This document shows positions 47,985-58,211 of a DNA stretch of 60,641 nucleotides, in pieces. The position numbers and the translations under genes are program-made. The notes beneath the pieces were generated by a model. The model was not told where the DNA came from, searched no databases, and worked only from the letters and a program-made list of their open reading frames with translations. The stretch spans positions 1 through 60,641 of the IMG/VR virus record IMGVR_UViG_3300018080_001657. The stretch is one strand, 5' to 3'. The stretch is from a virus (Duplodnaviria; Caudoviricetes). Positions within the stretch are counted from its first letter, which is position 1; every line of letters starts with the position of its first letter.

Positions 47985-48321
47985 TAGAATGCTTCCATCT
48001 CTTATGAGACTTTAATCCTCGCTCTGATTTAGATTCAAACCCACAAATATCACACTTGTTGGTCTTTGGAAAAAGACTTTCAAAATCAAACATCTTATCT
48101 TCCTCTTCAACAGGATCTGGTTCTTCAATCTTTTCTTCTTTAATAGGTATATGAATTACTTCCTCAGTATTTGGAGTAGCAACATACACCTCTACAGTTT
48201 GTACTGGTTCAACAATAACTTCTGGTTCTTGTGTTTTAGGATAAAATCCTTGTTTTCTTCTAGGACGAATAGGCTTGTTTGTTCTTGGCCCACCTATCAC
48301 TCCATGTCTTCTAGTTGTCAT
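47968..48321 (-). CDS. protein with C-terminal C2H2 zinc finger
   Basis: CDICG...GL.SH...H; AAGGAG RBS. Confidence 0.7.
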   Translation of the reverse strand: MTTRRHGVIGGPRTNKPIRPRRKQGFYPKTQEPEVIVEPVQTVEVYVATPNTEEVIHIPIKEEKIEEPDPVEEEDKMFDFESLFPKTNKCDICGFESKSERGLKSHKRWKHSIIEGV

Positions 48322-48333
48322 ATTAAAAACTCC

Positions 48334-50781
48334 TTATTGCAAATAAATTAAATTAAAATCTGTTAGTGTCGGGGCGTCAAAGTTTTCTGACAGTTTATGA
48401 ATCTGAACAAAGATATGAGTTCCTTGTCCTGCAACTGAATAAGCAGGTGTTCCGGCATCATCGTGCATATATTTTGCTTCTTCCCAATACCAACCTGCAC
48501 CTGCAACTTTATTAGGATCATAAACACCAATACAACAGTTTTGACTTCTAATCTTTAAAGAAAAAGTACCAGCTGAAGTATCATTTCCACCATTGTATAA
48601 CTCTACTCCTGCAGCAGTAGTTGTTGGGTCAGTAGTAGCACCAAGGAGAATATTATGGTATTCTGTATCGAGACCATAGTTGTAAGAAGCACCATACCAT
48701 ACTGGCATTCCACCATGTCCACAAACACCTATAAAAACCTCAAATCCTTCAGTAGAACTAAGAGTTGGCGCATCAAAAATAACTTCTGCTTCCCAGTTAT
48801 GTGGCCTCATAAGAGGAACTATAAAAGAAGGACCTGAATTAGTACTTGCTCCAACTGGAACAAGACCTGAACTCCAAGTCCAGCTTCCTGTTGTAGCACT
48901 GCCAGCAATATGAGTTGGATATGGTATTGTTCCACTAGAAACATCTGTATGGTCACTTATAACAATTCCTAATGCTAATAGTTCTGCATCGGAATTAGTT
49001 GCAACATTAGTAAAATCAATTTCAAAAACTTGCTCTCCAAGCCTCCATATGTTTTCATCACTACTGCTGCCTATTTTAAACAAATCAGTAGTCCATTGCG
49101 TAACACCATCTGAATCACATGACAATAATGTTGTAGCATTTCTAACTAAAGTAAAATCATTAGTATAAGGATCGTCGTTATACGTAAGAGTTAATGCATT
49201 GCCAGAAGTTATTGAAACGTTATCTGCAGCATCTAATATTATATCATCTGATGAATCTAAGCTAATATTACCGGCTCCTAGTGTTGTTGCATTGAAGTTC
49301 TGTCCACTAGCGGGATCGAATTCTACTCCGCCTGCAGCAGTAAACGTAGCTACAACTGAAGCAGTGCCACCATAAAAATCAGTCTTCCCATCTCCTGCCA
49401 GTACCATTACATCACTATATGTCTGAGGTGTTCCTGCTGGAGTAGCGCCTCTTGCTATTGAATAGTTATTTGGTGTCCCAAGCGCATTGTATCTGTGTAT
49501 GTGTTGTGCAGTATACCAAGTAGCAGATCCGTACCTATTTATTGTCAGAACCTCATCTGCGGCAGAACCCCTTTGTAAAATAAAATCTCCAGAGCTATCA
49601 CCAGCATCATATCTAATCACTATATCGTCATCTGCGTATTGAGTAATATCGTCACCAGATGTCAAACTAATATCGCCAGTTCCGTTAGTAGTTAAGTTTA
49701 TAGCGTAATTAGCCGAAGGATACAAAAGAAAAGACCCCGTCGGAGTGAAATCAACTTGACCAAGACGATTAAATTTGAGTATGTTCGTGGTGTTATTCTG
49801 AACAGTGAAATCATTTGATACTACAGCAGATCCGGCAGTATTATATGCAAGTGTATGATCTGTTGTTGCATAGATTCTAACATCTGCCCCGGCATTGAAA
49901 TATAAATAGTTTGCCCCGGTCTGAGACATAACAAAACCTTCGCCGTCTAAAGGATCAACAATAACATCGCCATCTTGGGTGCACGATAAAACAGCAGTGG
50001 ACCCCTGATGTCTAACGGAAAAATCATCATGGTAATTACCCGCAGCAGACTTGCCATAGTCAATATTAATTCCTGAATTTGCTTCTAAAGCAATAGTGCC
50101 ATATGTATCAGCAAGAGTAGAAATAAAAGAAATAGTTGAAGCAGAGGTTAAAGTAATATTGCCTGCGCCAGAAGAAGTTATCTCACAATTCTGACCAGAA
50201 ATAGGATCTATTTCTATCTTTCCATTTTCGTCACACAAAAAAACAGTAGTAGTTCCTTTGCGTACTCTAAAATCTTCTGACCCTCCTGTCGTTCCTGCGG
50301 CATTATAGCTTATAATTGTACCAATTTGAGAAGTTAAATTTATATTGGTATCTGCATTTACAAGAATATTACCAGTACCAGTAGCATTGATCGTAGTGTC
50401 AAAATCTGCGGTAGTAGAAGTAAAAGTGGTCTGAGGAGTTAAAGCAATCGCACGAGTAAACTCTGCTATAGTTGCAGAACTACGAATAAGCTTTAAATAA
50501 TCAGAAGATCCTCCTGCATCTGCATAGACAAGCTCAGTATTAGTATTAGATTTAGTTGTAAGAATTCCACCTCCACTAGACGAGTGGAGAAGCACATCAT
50601 CAGAAGCTAGGAGTGTTAGATTGTCGCCAGAAGTCAAAGAGATGTCTCCAGCTCCATCAGTATCTACATTAAAATCATAACCAGATCCTGGATTTATTAC
50701 GTTATCTCTGCCTTCGCCAAGAACAAAGTCAGACCCATCCCCAATATACAAAGCTTCTCGAATTCTTGTTTCGCCAGCCAT
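48334..50781 (-). CDS. putative tail fibre/virion beta-stranded protein
   Basis: 815 aa, G/T/S/D-rich, recurring G.G(D/N)I.L.S units; AAGGAG RBS. Confidence 0.65.
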   Translation of the reverse strand: MAGETRIREALYIGDGSDFVLGEGRDNVINPGSGYDFNVDTDGAGDISLTSGDNLTLLASDDVLLHSSSGGGILTTKSNTNTELVYADAGGSSDYLKLIRSSATIAEFTRAIALTPQTTFTSTTADFDTTINATGTGNILVNADTNINLTSQIGTIISYNAAGTTGGSEDFRVRKGTTTVFLCDENGKIEIDPISGQNCEITSSGAGNITLTSASTISFISTLADTYGTIALEANSGINIDYGKSAAGNYHDDFSVRHQGSTAVLSCTQDGDVIVDPLDGEGFVMSQTGANYLYFNAGADVRIYATTDHTLAYNTAGSAVVSNDFTVQNNTTNILKFNRLGQVDFTPTGSFLLYPSANYAINLTTNGTGDISLTSGDDITQYADDDIVIRYDAGDSSGDFILQRGSAADEVLTINRYGSATWYTAQHIHRYNALGTPNNYSIARGATPAGTPQTYSDVMVLAGDGKTDFYGGTASVVATFTAAGGVEFDPASGQNFNATTLGAGNISLDSSDDIILDAADNVSITSGNALTLTYNDDPYTNDFTLVRNATTLLSCDSDGVTQWTTDLFKIGSSSDENIWRLGEQVFEIDFTNVATNSDAELLALGIVISDHTDVSSGTIPYPTHIAGSATTGSWTWSSGLVPVGASTNSGPSFIVPLMRPHNWEAEVIFDAPTLSSTEGFEVFIGVCGHGGMPVWYGASYNYGLDTEYHNILLGATTDPTTTAAGVELYNGGNDTSAGTFSLKIRSQNCCIGVYDPNKVAGAGWYWEEAKYMHDDAGTPAYSVAGQGTHIFVQIHKLSENFDAPTLTDFNLIYLQ

Positions 50782-50790
50782 ATTAACTCC

Positions 50791-52668
50791 TTAAATAACA
50801 GAACTTCTAATAACTGAAACAGACCAGTTATCAGAAGTAGAGATAGCTCTTAGTCGAACGTCTCCCGAAGCACCAGACATATCAACAGACAGCGTAACAT
50901 CTACAGTACCAGCATCAAGAGTAGTAACTTCATTGTACACTGGTGTTGTCCCTGCTGAATAATCCCACGAACACACAATCATTCCAGCACGATGATTTGT
51001 ATCATCGTCATTATCAATGATATTAAAGAACCATACACACCCTCCATTGTCTCCAGGGTCAAAAGTATCTACATCTTCAATAACTTGATCTACATCTGTA
51101 TTAGAAGCAGCAGACCATGAAGAACCACCAGCAGAAATAGGAGAGCCACTCCAGTACAAAGTTCCACTAACATTATATAGTTTGTCGGTTGTAGTTCCTG
51201 GCGATGAAATTTGTGCAAGCTGACATTCAGAATCAAAGTAAGAAATACCATCAACTTCAATCCTACCAGAAACAAACAAATCTCCATCAGTAGCTAAAGA
51301 ATGACTTGTGGTGCTTGTTGGTCCTATTGATAAATTTCCTTTGCCAGTTTGTATTCTGCCATCTGTTTGATCATGATACAGCCCAAGCCATTGAGTATTA
51401 TCGCTATCAGGATCAGTAACTGAATGAATAAAAATTGTAGGGTCTGTTTGTGTGGCATGATCGTAATCTTTGCCGTCACCATTAGCAACATCACCAAAAA
51501 CAAGATGTCTTCCTTCCGGTGGCCCAAGTAAAAAATACATCTGATTAATAGTATTTGAAGATTTCATACGACCGCCTACAGCAGTTGTATTAAAGTACAT
51601 AGCAACACCATCACCAAGAATAAGACTATTGTACTGATAGACAGCTCCATCAAAATAAGCTATTCCATCAACTTCAAGTTGATCAGCTACATAAAGGTCG
51701 CCAGCGCCAAAAGAAAAACGACTAGCAGCTTCTGTTCCAATGCTAAGACTAGCAAACTCAGGACTAGCAGAAACCTGCAAATCTTGGTCTAAAGTACAAT
51801 CAGCACTTACAGTAAGTAGCGTTGTACCTTGAGCAAGAGTAAGTGTATTGCCTGTATAACCAAGTGCAACAGTAGTTTCTACAACAGTGCTAGGAGCTGG
51901 AGTGCCGTCAGTTGTATATAAAACACTTGGGTTGGTATATGAACTCGGAGTGTCAGTGAGTCCTAAGAAAGAAGTAACGCCACCGCCTCCAACTGGAGAG
52001 CCAGCCCAATAGAGAGTGCCACCAATATTATATAGCTTGTCGGTAGATGTCCCTGGAGCTGAAATTTGATTTAATTCAATTTCAGAATCAAAGTAAGAAA
52101 TACCAGTTACTTCAAGGCTACTAGAAACATATAAATCACCGTCAGCAGTCAAAGAATGATTGGTTGTAAGAGAACCTATAGATAAATTACCTTTACCAGT
52201 TTGTATTCTACCGTCTGTTTGATCATGATACAATCCTAGCCATTGAGTATTATCTGAACTTGGACTAGTATTAGAATGAATAAAAACTGTAGGGTCTGTT
52301 GGTGTGCTATGTCCATGGTCTAGTGCTCTACTTGCAAACTCAGTAATAACTAGTTGGTTGCCCTGTAAGGTTCCTAAGCCTAAAGCAACCTGGTAAGTAG
52401 TTGCCCTGAATGCACTTCTGCCAGCACTGTCACTAAAAGCTATATCTTCTGTTGCATATAAAGCCGACAAGGTATATGCTGCACCGTCAAAATAAGAAAC
52501 GCCATCAACTTCAAATTGACTAGTGACATATAATGACTTGTCTGTTGTGGCACGATTAGGTGTGCCGTCTCCAATATATACACTATCGTTGGCAACAGCA
52601 GGAGTTAAAATCGATCCTGTCTTTGTCCAAAGACCAGGACCAGTTATAATTGCACTATTAGTAGCCAT
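50791..52668 (-). CDS. putative tail fibre protein with duplicated module
   Basis: Two copies of TDPT.FIHS..SDNTQWLGLYHDQTDGRIQTGKGNLSIG..TDKLYN..GTLYW; FLGLTDTPSSY motif. Confidence 0.7.
   Translation of the reverse strand: MATNSAIITGPGLWTKTGSILTPAVANDSVYIGDGTPNRATTDKSLYVTSQFEVDGVSYFDGAAYTLSALYATEDIAFSDSAGRSAFRATTYQVALGLGTLQGNQLVITEFASRALDHGHSTPTDPTVFIHSNTSPSSDNTQWLGLYHDQTDGRIQTGKGNLSIGSLTTNHSLTADGDLYVSSSLEVTGISYFDSEIELNQISAPGTSTDKLYNIGGTLYWAGSPVGGGGVTSFLGLTDTPSSYTNPSVLYTTDGTPAPSTVVETTVALGYTGNTLTLAQGTTLLTVSADCTLDQDLQVSASPEFASLSIGTEAASRFSFGAGDLYVADQLEVDGIAYFDGAVYQYNSLILGDGVAMYFNTTAVGGRMKSSNTINQMYFLLGPPEGRHLVFGDVANGDGKDYDHATQTDPTIFIHSVTDPDSDNTQWLGLYHDQTDGRIQTGKGNLSIGPTSTTSHSLATDGDLFVSGRIEVDGISYFDSECQLAQISSPGTTTDKLYNVSGTLYWSGSPISAGGSSWSAASNTDVDQVIEDVDTFDPGDNGGCVWFFNIIDNDDDTNHRAGMIVCSWDYSAGTTPVYNEVTTLDAGTVDVTLSVDMSGASGDVRLRAISTSDNWSVSVIRSSVI
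51172..52300. repeat. intragenic direct repeat of about 280 bp (approx. 51172-51449 and 52026-52300)
   Basis: Shared blocks such as CCAGTTTGTATTCT.CC.TCTGTTTGATCATGATACA and TTCAGAATCAAAGTAAGAAATACC. Confidence 0.85.
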
Positions 52669-52682
52669 TTATAGTCAACTCC

Positions 52683-54656
52683 TTAAACAACACCAAGATA
52701 TTTTGTAATAGCTTGACTTCCATCGACAGCACCTAGACAAATTTTAGAACCAGAATACATACCAACACCAATGTAAGCAGCAGTAGTATTTGTTATGTCA
52801 GTATCATTTAATATTAAGGTTCCATCTAAATATACTTTAAATTCTCCATTATGATCTCTAGTAATCTTTATATTTTGCCACGTATCAACAGTTACAGTAT
52901 TAATTGCAGTTGTGTCCATTACTGCTATATTGCATTCGATAAGGGCTACGTGCTCATCATTGTAAACCTGAACCCTGTAGTTACCAACAGTTATGGGTTC
53001 AATGGCCGAACCAAAATGAAACGTATAGTTATCTGTTGTCTCTTTGTAAATCCAAAAATCCCAAGTTCCAAAAGCAGCTTCTGTCTCTGTACACATGAAC
53101 TCAGAAACAGGAATATATACTATTTCGGTGGTAGAGGTGGAAGTAAGAACTTTACAAAGCTTCCCGTTTACTTCTTCTGTTTGTATCTTCCAAGCTCCAG
53201 CATCTACTTGCATTTTAGTATTACCAATGAAACCATCGGTTATATGGTCACCAGATTCGCCAGCAGACCAATCTGTTTTAAACTGAACAGTCTTAGCAAA
53301 TTCTTTATATTGTTTATCGACCCAATCAGAATCTTTCTCTTCAGAATACATTTGGAAATCTGCTATCTCTCCATTCCAACTTCTACCAGACTGATCTGAA
53401 GCAAGGTAAACATAGTAGCTACTAGTAGAGGTATGGTTAAATGAGTGTGTAACGTCTCCAACTAATTCTGAATTTAAGTATAACTTAAAACCAGCTTGAG
53501 TTTTTGTGAGAACAATATGATTCCAAGTATCATACTGTGGAGCTTCTGTAGTGGACAACAATGATGCATTGCCACCACCAGATTCATCAGAATATATTTC
53601 AAATGTTCCATCTGTATGTTGCCATAACCAAAAGAAATTACTTGCATTGTAATAGATACAAACTAATCCAGCTGGATTATGACTACCAGCTCCATGTTGT
53701 TTAAAGATAATCTGATATGTTAGATCGCCTGAAGCTAAATTGTAATCAGAATCATTGCCAATAGTAAGTCTACTGCTAGCAGTATTATCAAAGAACAATG
53801 CAGAACCTAATGCACTATCCGTTGAATGAATATCATAAACAATCTCTCCATGATTAAAATTAGCAGACTTGTCTATTACTTTATTTCCAACAGGACTCAT
53901 ATCCCACGAGCCTATTAAAGTATCTTCTGTTGGTATTGAGAATGTTTTACGTTGAGAATATCCATTTGTTTTTCTTGGCCATTTTGTGCTAAGCAAATCG
54001 CTATGTATTAACGCCATTTCTTTTTCAGTAAATTGTTCCATAGCAACAATAATTGACTTTAATCCTGCTCCAGTATGTGCGCCATATCCTCTTGATGTAC
54101 CAATAAGTAACGAATCAGCAGTAGTGTCTATAGTAAGTGGAATAGAAGAAGTACTTGTTGAAAAATTAATACCATTAGTATAAAAATTAACTAATTGTCC
54201 TTTCTTTGTGGTTATTCCAACAGAGGATAAAAAAGGATAACTAGCCTGCGCATCTATAGAATCTATGCTTCCATACGAAACAGTTCCAGTATAAAAAACT
54301 AAGTCTCCAGCACTTACGTCAAAATTAAATTGATAATTTACACTGCTAGCATCATTTCTTTGAATATAAACATCATCAGAAGAATTAGAACCTGAAGTAT
54401 GAGTCCATCCTATTTGCACTGGCATTGCTATAATAGTAAGTTCATCATCAAAGACAAGCTTACTGTCTGCATAATGAGCAGATATGTCTGGTCTTCCAGT
54501 TCCAGCATTGGAAGTACGATAATAATCTCTATAGAACCTTATATCTGTTGATGTGCCATGAAAATCATTACCAGAAAAATCTCTTGCAGAACCAGAACGA
54601 TAATCATGATAAAGAGATATTCTATTTTCTTTAATTAGACTTTCTAAAAAACTCAT
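52683..54656 (-). CDS. LamG/concanavalin-A-like lectin domain virion protein
   Basis: VIDKSANFNHG, WNHIVLT..KLYLN, WNGEIADFQMY, WQNIKITR..VYLDG. Confidence 0.75.
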   Translation of the reverse strand: MSFLESLIKENRISLYHDYRSGSARDFSGNDFHGTSTDIRFYRDYYRTSNAGTGRPDISAHYADSKLVFDDELTIIAMPVQIGWTHTSGSNSSDDVYIQRNDASSVNYQFNFDVSAGDLVFYTGTVSYGSIDSIDAQASYPFLSSVGITTKKGQLVNFYTNGINFSTSTSSIPLTIDTTADSLLIGTSRGYGAHTGAGLKSIIVAMEQFTEKEMALIHSDLLSTKWPRKTNGYSQRKTFSIPTEDTLIGSWDMSPVGNKVIDKSANFNHGEIVYDIHSTDSALGSALFFDNTASSRLTIGNDSDYNLASGDLTYQIIFKQHGAGSHNPAGLVCIYYNASNFFWLWQHTDGTFEIYSDESGGGNASLLSTTEAPQYDTWNHIVLTKTQAGFKLYLNSELVGDVTHSFNHTSTSSYYVYLASDQSGRSWNGEIADFQMYSEEKDSDWVDKQYKEFAKTVQFKTDWSAGESGDHITDGFIGNTKMQVDAGAWKIQTEEVNGKLCKVLTSTSTTEIVYIPVSEFMCTETEAAFGTWDFWIYKETTDNYTFHFGSAIEPITVGNYRVQVYNDEHVALIECNIAVMDTTAINTVTVDTWQNIKITRDHNGEFKVYLDGTLILNDTDITNTTAAYIGVGMYSGSKICLGAVDGSQAITKYLGVV

Positions 54657-54665
54657 ATTATCTCC

Positions 54666-57425
54666 TTATGTACGATTAAGTCTCTTCATCATATTTAGAT
54701 ATATGTCGCTAGCCATTATTTGCGTAAGAGGCTGAGATAAGATTTGAATCTCATAAATGTCACCAACCCAATGAAAAGCATCTGTTCCATTACTATTAGC
54801 TCCTGCTAAATAAAATGGATAAGTTCCAGGATAACCAGTATGAGCAGCAGAATAGGCTTCTCTACCATCTAGAAAAAGTGTAGCTGTAGTTCCGTTCCAG
54901 CTCAACATAAGTACATGTACCTTACCGACTTCTACAATATTACCAGCAGTTCCATGTATTAGACTCCAAGTATCATTGCCTACTGCCCCGCCGATAAGCC
55001 CACTATACACACCAAGGTAGGCACGAGGAGAAAGAGAACCTATAATCATTAAGTCACTACCAGTAACTGAATCATATTTTACAATACCAATAATCGCACC
55101 TCTCTTTGGAGGAACAATTGTTGTTTCTAAAAAATTAGCACCACAAGTATATCCATGACGATCTAAAATTTTATCAGGAAAACTAGTAGCTAATGTTGAT
55201 GCGGCATGATTCTCGTTCCCAGAGATATCTAAAACTCTGACCAGTATGTTTTTTATACTAATACCATCAAATTCACAGTATGATGCAGAAGATGACCCTC
55301 CTGCAAAACCAAAACCAATACCTGTTGATGCTACTGTTACTATCAGATTAAATTCTTGCCAACTTGTTGAAGTCGTACCTGTCCATAAAGTTGTTCCTCC
55401 GTCATATACACGAGGCGGATTCACGCCATTTGATCTTGCCCAGCCTGTAATTTGATATTTAGCTCCAATTGTTAATATTGATTGCTGTGCTCTTGGAGTA
55501 GATACTGAACTATAAGCTACCTTTAATACTTGTGAACCTTCATATGGAGACGTAGTTTCTTTAGTTAACGTAGCACTGTTTATAGCAGTCCAGTCAGCAA
55601 CACCAACTGTTTCCATATCATTATCAGCTAACAACTCAGTATCAATAACATTACTAAGATCACAAGTACTAGATGTAAATGGATAATGAGCAACAAGATT
55701 AGTAGGCTTGTGGTGTATGCTTGCTTGGAAGGCAGTTGCGTCAACAGTCTCTAGGCACTTGTCAAAAATCTTGAAACAAGTTATCTCGCCATCAAAAGCA
55801 TCAGTACTAGATTCGTCTTCTCCACCAAAAGTTATCGAACCAATTAATGCTGGAGTCCATGCCGTAGTATCAGTATCTAGAATAAGATTATTGTTTAACC
55901 AAACATCAGTTCTCTCTGAATCAGCAGAGACTATTAAAACGTTACGATGGTTTGTACTCCAATATCCATTCCATGTAGCATTGGTAATAGCAGCGATTTC
56001 AGTATTAGCTAGCTGTATTACTAATTCATCTGAAGCATTTTTAAAAACAAAGTATCTAGAATCACTATCAAAAAGATAGTGGGCATTACCATCATTGCCA
56101 GCAAAGTCAGGGTTGAATTCTAATACCGCAGAAAAATTAGTAATGGCAGGAACAAGCGTAGGAAATATAATATAGTCTGATGTACCATCAAACTCAGCAC
56201 CATTGTCAATAGTAGGAGATCCTTGTATGTCTGGCATTTCTAATATAGAAAAACAATCAACATAAACAATGTCTCCAGAAGACCCTACTCCAGGACCAGT
56301 CTCATAAATACGAACAGTAGCTGTCGTAGAAGATGCAGTTACATCATATTCAAAATAGGTCCAGTCTGTAGAGGGAATACTAACAGCAACAGGTGCTCCT
56401 GTTAGGTTCACCCAGCCAGTAATTTGTTGATTAGTGCCCTGAGATCCACGTTTTGCCCAAAAAGAAATTCTATATTTTCGTCCAGATGTAGTATCAAAAA
56501 CAATTTCTGTTCGATTGCTAGTTCCAGATGCAGTTGCTTTTAAACAATAGTCACCAAGATGTGCAGCCGTATCAGTAGAGTCTACTGATGCAATCGATCC
56601 TCCACCGCCTGCAGACCAACCAGACGTAGTGTCTAATTCTTGTTCGATACGAGAAGTACAACAGTTATTCTGATAATGAATATCTTTATTGAAATGAGAT
56701 TCAAGTAAAGTTTCATTTATAAATCGTTCTGACCATATTGGTTTGATAGAAGTATTTTTGTGTTCTAATGAATTACCTTTGTGGTATGCATAAAGTTCTT
56801 GGTCGCTCAAAACCCTATCAAATGCCTTAAAAGAAATAAACTTTCCGTCAAATCTATCGCCACCACCTACATTTCCACCCAATGTAAAGTTTTCCATAGG
56901 CGTCCAAATATTTGTTAGCGATCCAGCGTTTACATCATACAGTTTTACTCCGTTAAAAAACAATTTTCTTTCATCACCATTTGACAAATTAACAGTAACG
57001 GCAATAATATTCTTTTTGTTATAACGCAGATATGGAATCAATGTAGCGCTAGAAAAATCAAAAACAACAGCATTACCTATAGCAAATTGAATATTATTAG
57101 AAGCATCTTCTCTAAAATAATGAAATCCATTTCCTGTTGAAGAAGTTGAAAATCGTTTAGCAGTACTGTTGCCAAAAATAAAGCCATTTCCAGGGACAAA
57201 CTCATAAATAAGAGTAATCGCATCTTTTACTTCAAAAGTAAAACCTGATTGAGTTACATATTCAGTAGTACCAGAAAGCGATAGCCCATTATTTATTACT
57301 GGTTCATTTGCAATAGTCCAGCCATTTCTAATAACAGACTCAGCAGATTCAAATCCCTCAGCAAAATAACATCCAGCCTCTCGCTCTGCAGGAGTAGTAT
57401 ATTTATTAATCAAGGGACAAAGCAT
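54666..57425 (-). CDS. multi-LamG plus CBM4-like carbohydrate-binding virion protein
   Basis: FDG.I..FK.FDR.L, YRISFWAK, YQITGWAR, DISGNENHA, TLFLDG, WVGDIYE. Confidence 0.75.
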   Translation of the reverse strand: MLCPLINKYTTPAEREAGCYFAEGFESAESVIRNGWTIANEPVINNGLSLSGTTEYVTQSGFTFEVKDAITLIYEFVPGNGFIFGNSTAKRFSTSSTGNGFHYFREDASNNIQFAIGNAVVFDFSSATLIPYLRYNKKNIIAVTVNLSNGDERKLFFNGVKLYDVNAGSLTNIWTPMENFTLGGNVGGGDRFDGKFISFKAFDRVLSDQELYAYHKGNSLEHKNTSIKPIWSERFINETLLESHFNKDIHYQNNCCTSRIEQELDTTSGWSAGGGGSIASVDSTDTAAHLGDYCLKATASGTSNRTEIVFDTTSGRKYRISFWAKRGSQGTNQQITGWVNLTGAPVAVSIPSTDWTYFEYDVTASSTTATVRIYETGPGVGSSGDIVYVDCFSILEMPDIQGSPTIDNGAEFDGTSDYIIFPTLVPAITNFSAVLEFNPDFAGNDGNAHYLFDSDSRYFVFKNASDELVIQLANTEIAAITNATWNGYWSTNHRNVLIVSADSERTDVWLNNNLILDTDTTAWTPALIGSITFGGEDESSTDAFDGEITCFKIFDKCLETVDATAFQASIHHKPTNLVAHYPFTSSTCDLSNVIDTELLADNDMETVGVADWTAINSATLTKETTSPYEGSQVLKVAYSSVSTPRAQQSILTIGAKYQITGWARSNGVNPPRVYDGGTTLWTGTTSTSWQEFNLIVTVASTGIGFGFAGGSSSASYCEFDGISIKNILVRVLDISGNENHAASTLATSFPDKILDRHGYTCGANFLETTIVPPKRGAIIGIVKYDSVTGSDLMIIGSLSPRAYLGVYSGLIGGAVGNDTWSLIHGTAGNIVEVGKVHVLMLSWNGTTATLFLDGREAYSAAHTGYPGTYPFYLAGANSNGTDAFHWVGDIYEIQILSQPLTQIMASDIYLNMMKRLNRT

Positions 57426-57427
57426 TA

Positions 57428-57748
57428 TTATTCTTCCTCTTCGCTATCATAGAGAGCTTTCATTGCAGAAAGTTCTGACAAGATAGATACAGCCTGAGCT
57501 GTAGTTAAGTTATTAGCATTAGCAACAGCCTTTATTCCTCCAGCCTTTTCAATTGCTTTAGCAGGACTATATGTATTAAATATAGTATTAAAGATACTAA
57601 CAATTTTAGCTTTGGTAACTGTTGGTTGTCCTGGTGGCTCAGGAGGTTCAGGAATTGCTTCAAGCTTAGTCTCTATTTGCAACACAGTAAATTCTCCAAT
57701 TGCCATAATCTCAGGGGCAACAGCTTCATATTCTTCTAATGTGGCCAT
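57428..57748 (-). CDS. hypothetical protein
   Basis: AAGGA RBS, 106 aa. Confidence 0.65.
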   Translation of the reverse strand: MATLEEYEAVAPEIMAIGEFTVLQIETKLEAIPEPPEPPGQPTVTKAKIVSIFNTIFNTYSPAKAIEKAGGIKAVANANNLTTAQAVSILSELSAMKALYDSEEEE

Positions 57749-57762
57749 TCATATCCTTTCTT

Positions 57763-58200
57763 TTAGTACATTTTTTTAGACCAAATAGTTAAGCCTGCAT
57801 CGTCGGCTGTTCCCGTAGTAATTTCATATTTGATTCTTACCCATTTTACAGCTATGTTTTCTGTAGAAACAAGAAAGTCTGTATCAACCCAACTAGCCAC
57901 GCCGAACCAAGCATTTGTAACATCAATAAACGAACAACTAGCAGGAGCAGTACCATCGTCTTGAATAGAAGCTTCTATAGTAATTGTAAGTTCATCTGTT
58001 ACTATAGTTGTTGTTCCTTGTAGTCCAAGATGTTTAAATCCACTCATGTCAACATAGACATATAATGGAGTTTCACTTGCGTCAATTGCAGAATCATCTA
58101 ATAACACTTCACCTACATATTTTTGATCAGGTGAATCTATCTCTTCAACCCTAACAGCTTCAGAGAATTCATTGTAACCTTGTGTTGTAAAAAGACTCAT
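57763..58200 (-). CDS. hypothetical beta-sandwich structural protein
   Basis: AAGGAG RBS; TIEAS.., KWVRIKY. Confidence 0.65.
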   Translation of the reverse strand: MSLFTTQGYNEFSEAVRVEEIDSPDQKYVGEVLLDDSAIDASETPLYVYVDMSGFKHLGLQGTTTIVTDELTITIEASIQDDGTAPASCSFIDVTNAWFGVASWVDTDFLVSTENIAVKWVRIKYEITTGTADDAGLTIWSKKMY

Positions 58201-58211
58201 TTTATATCTCC

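Noticed and set aside
51172-52300. DGR template/variable repeat pair
   Set aside because: Both copies are in frame in one ORF, differences are not adenine-specific, and no reverse transcriptase is present
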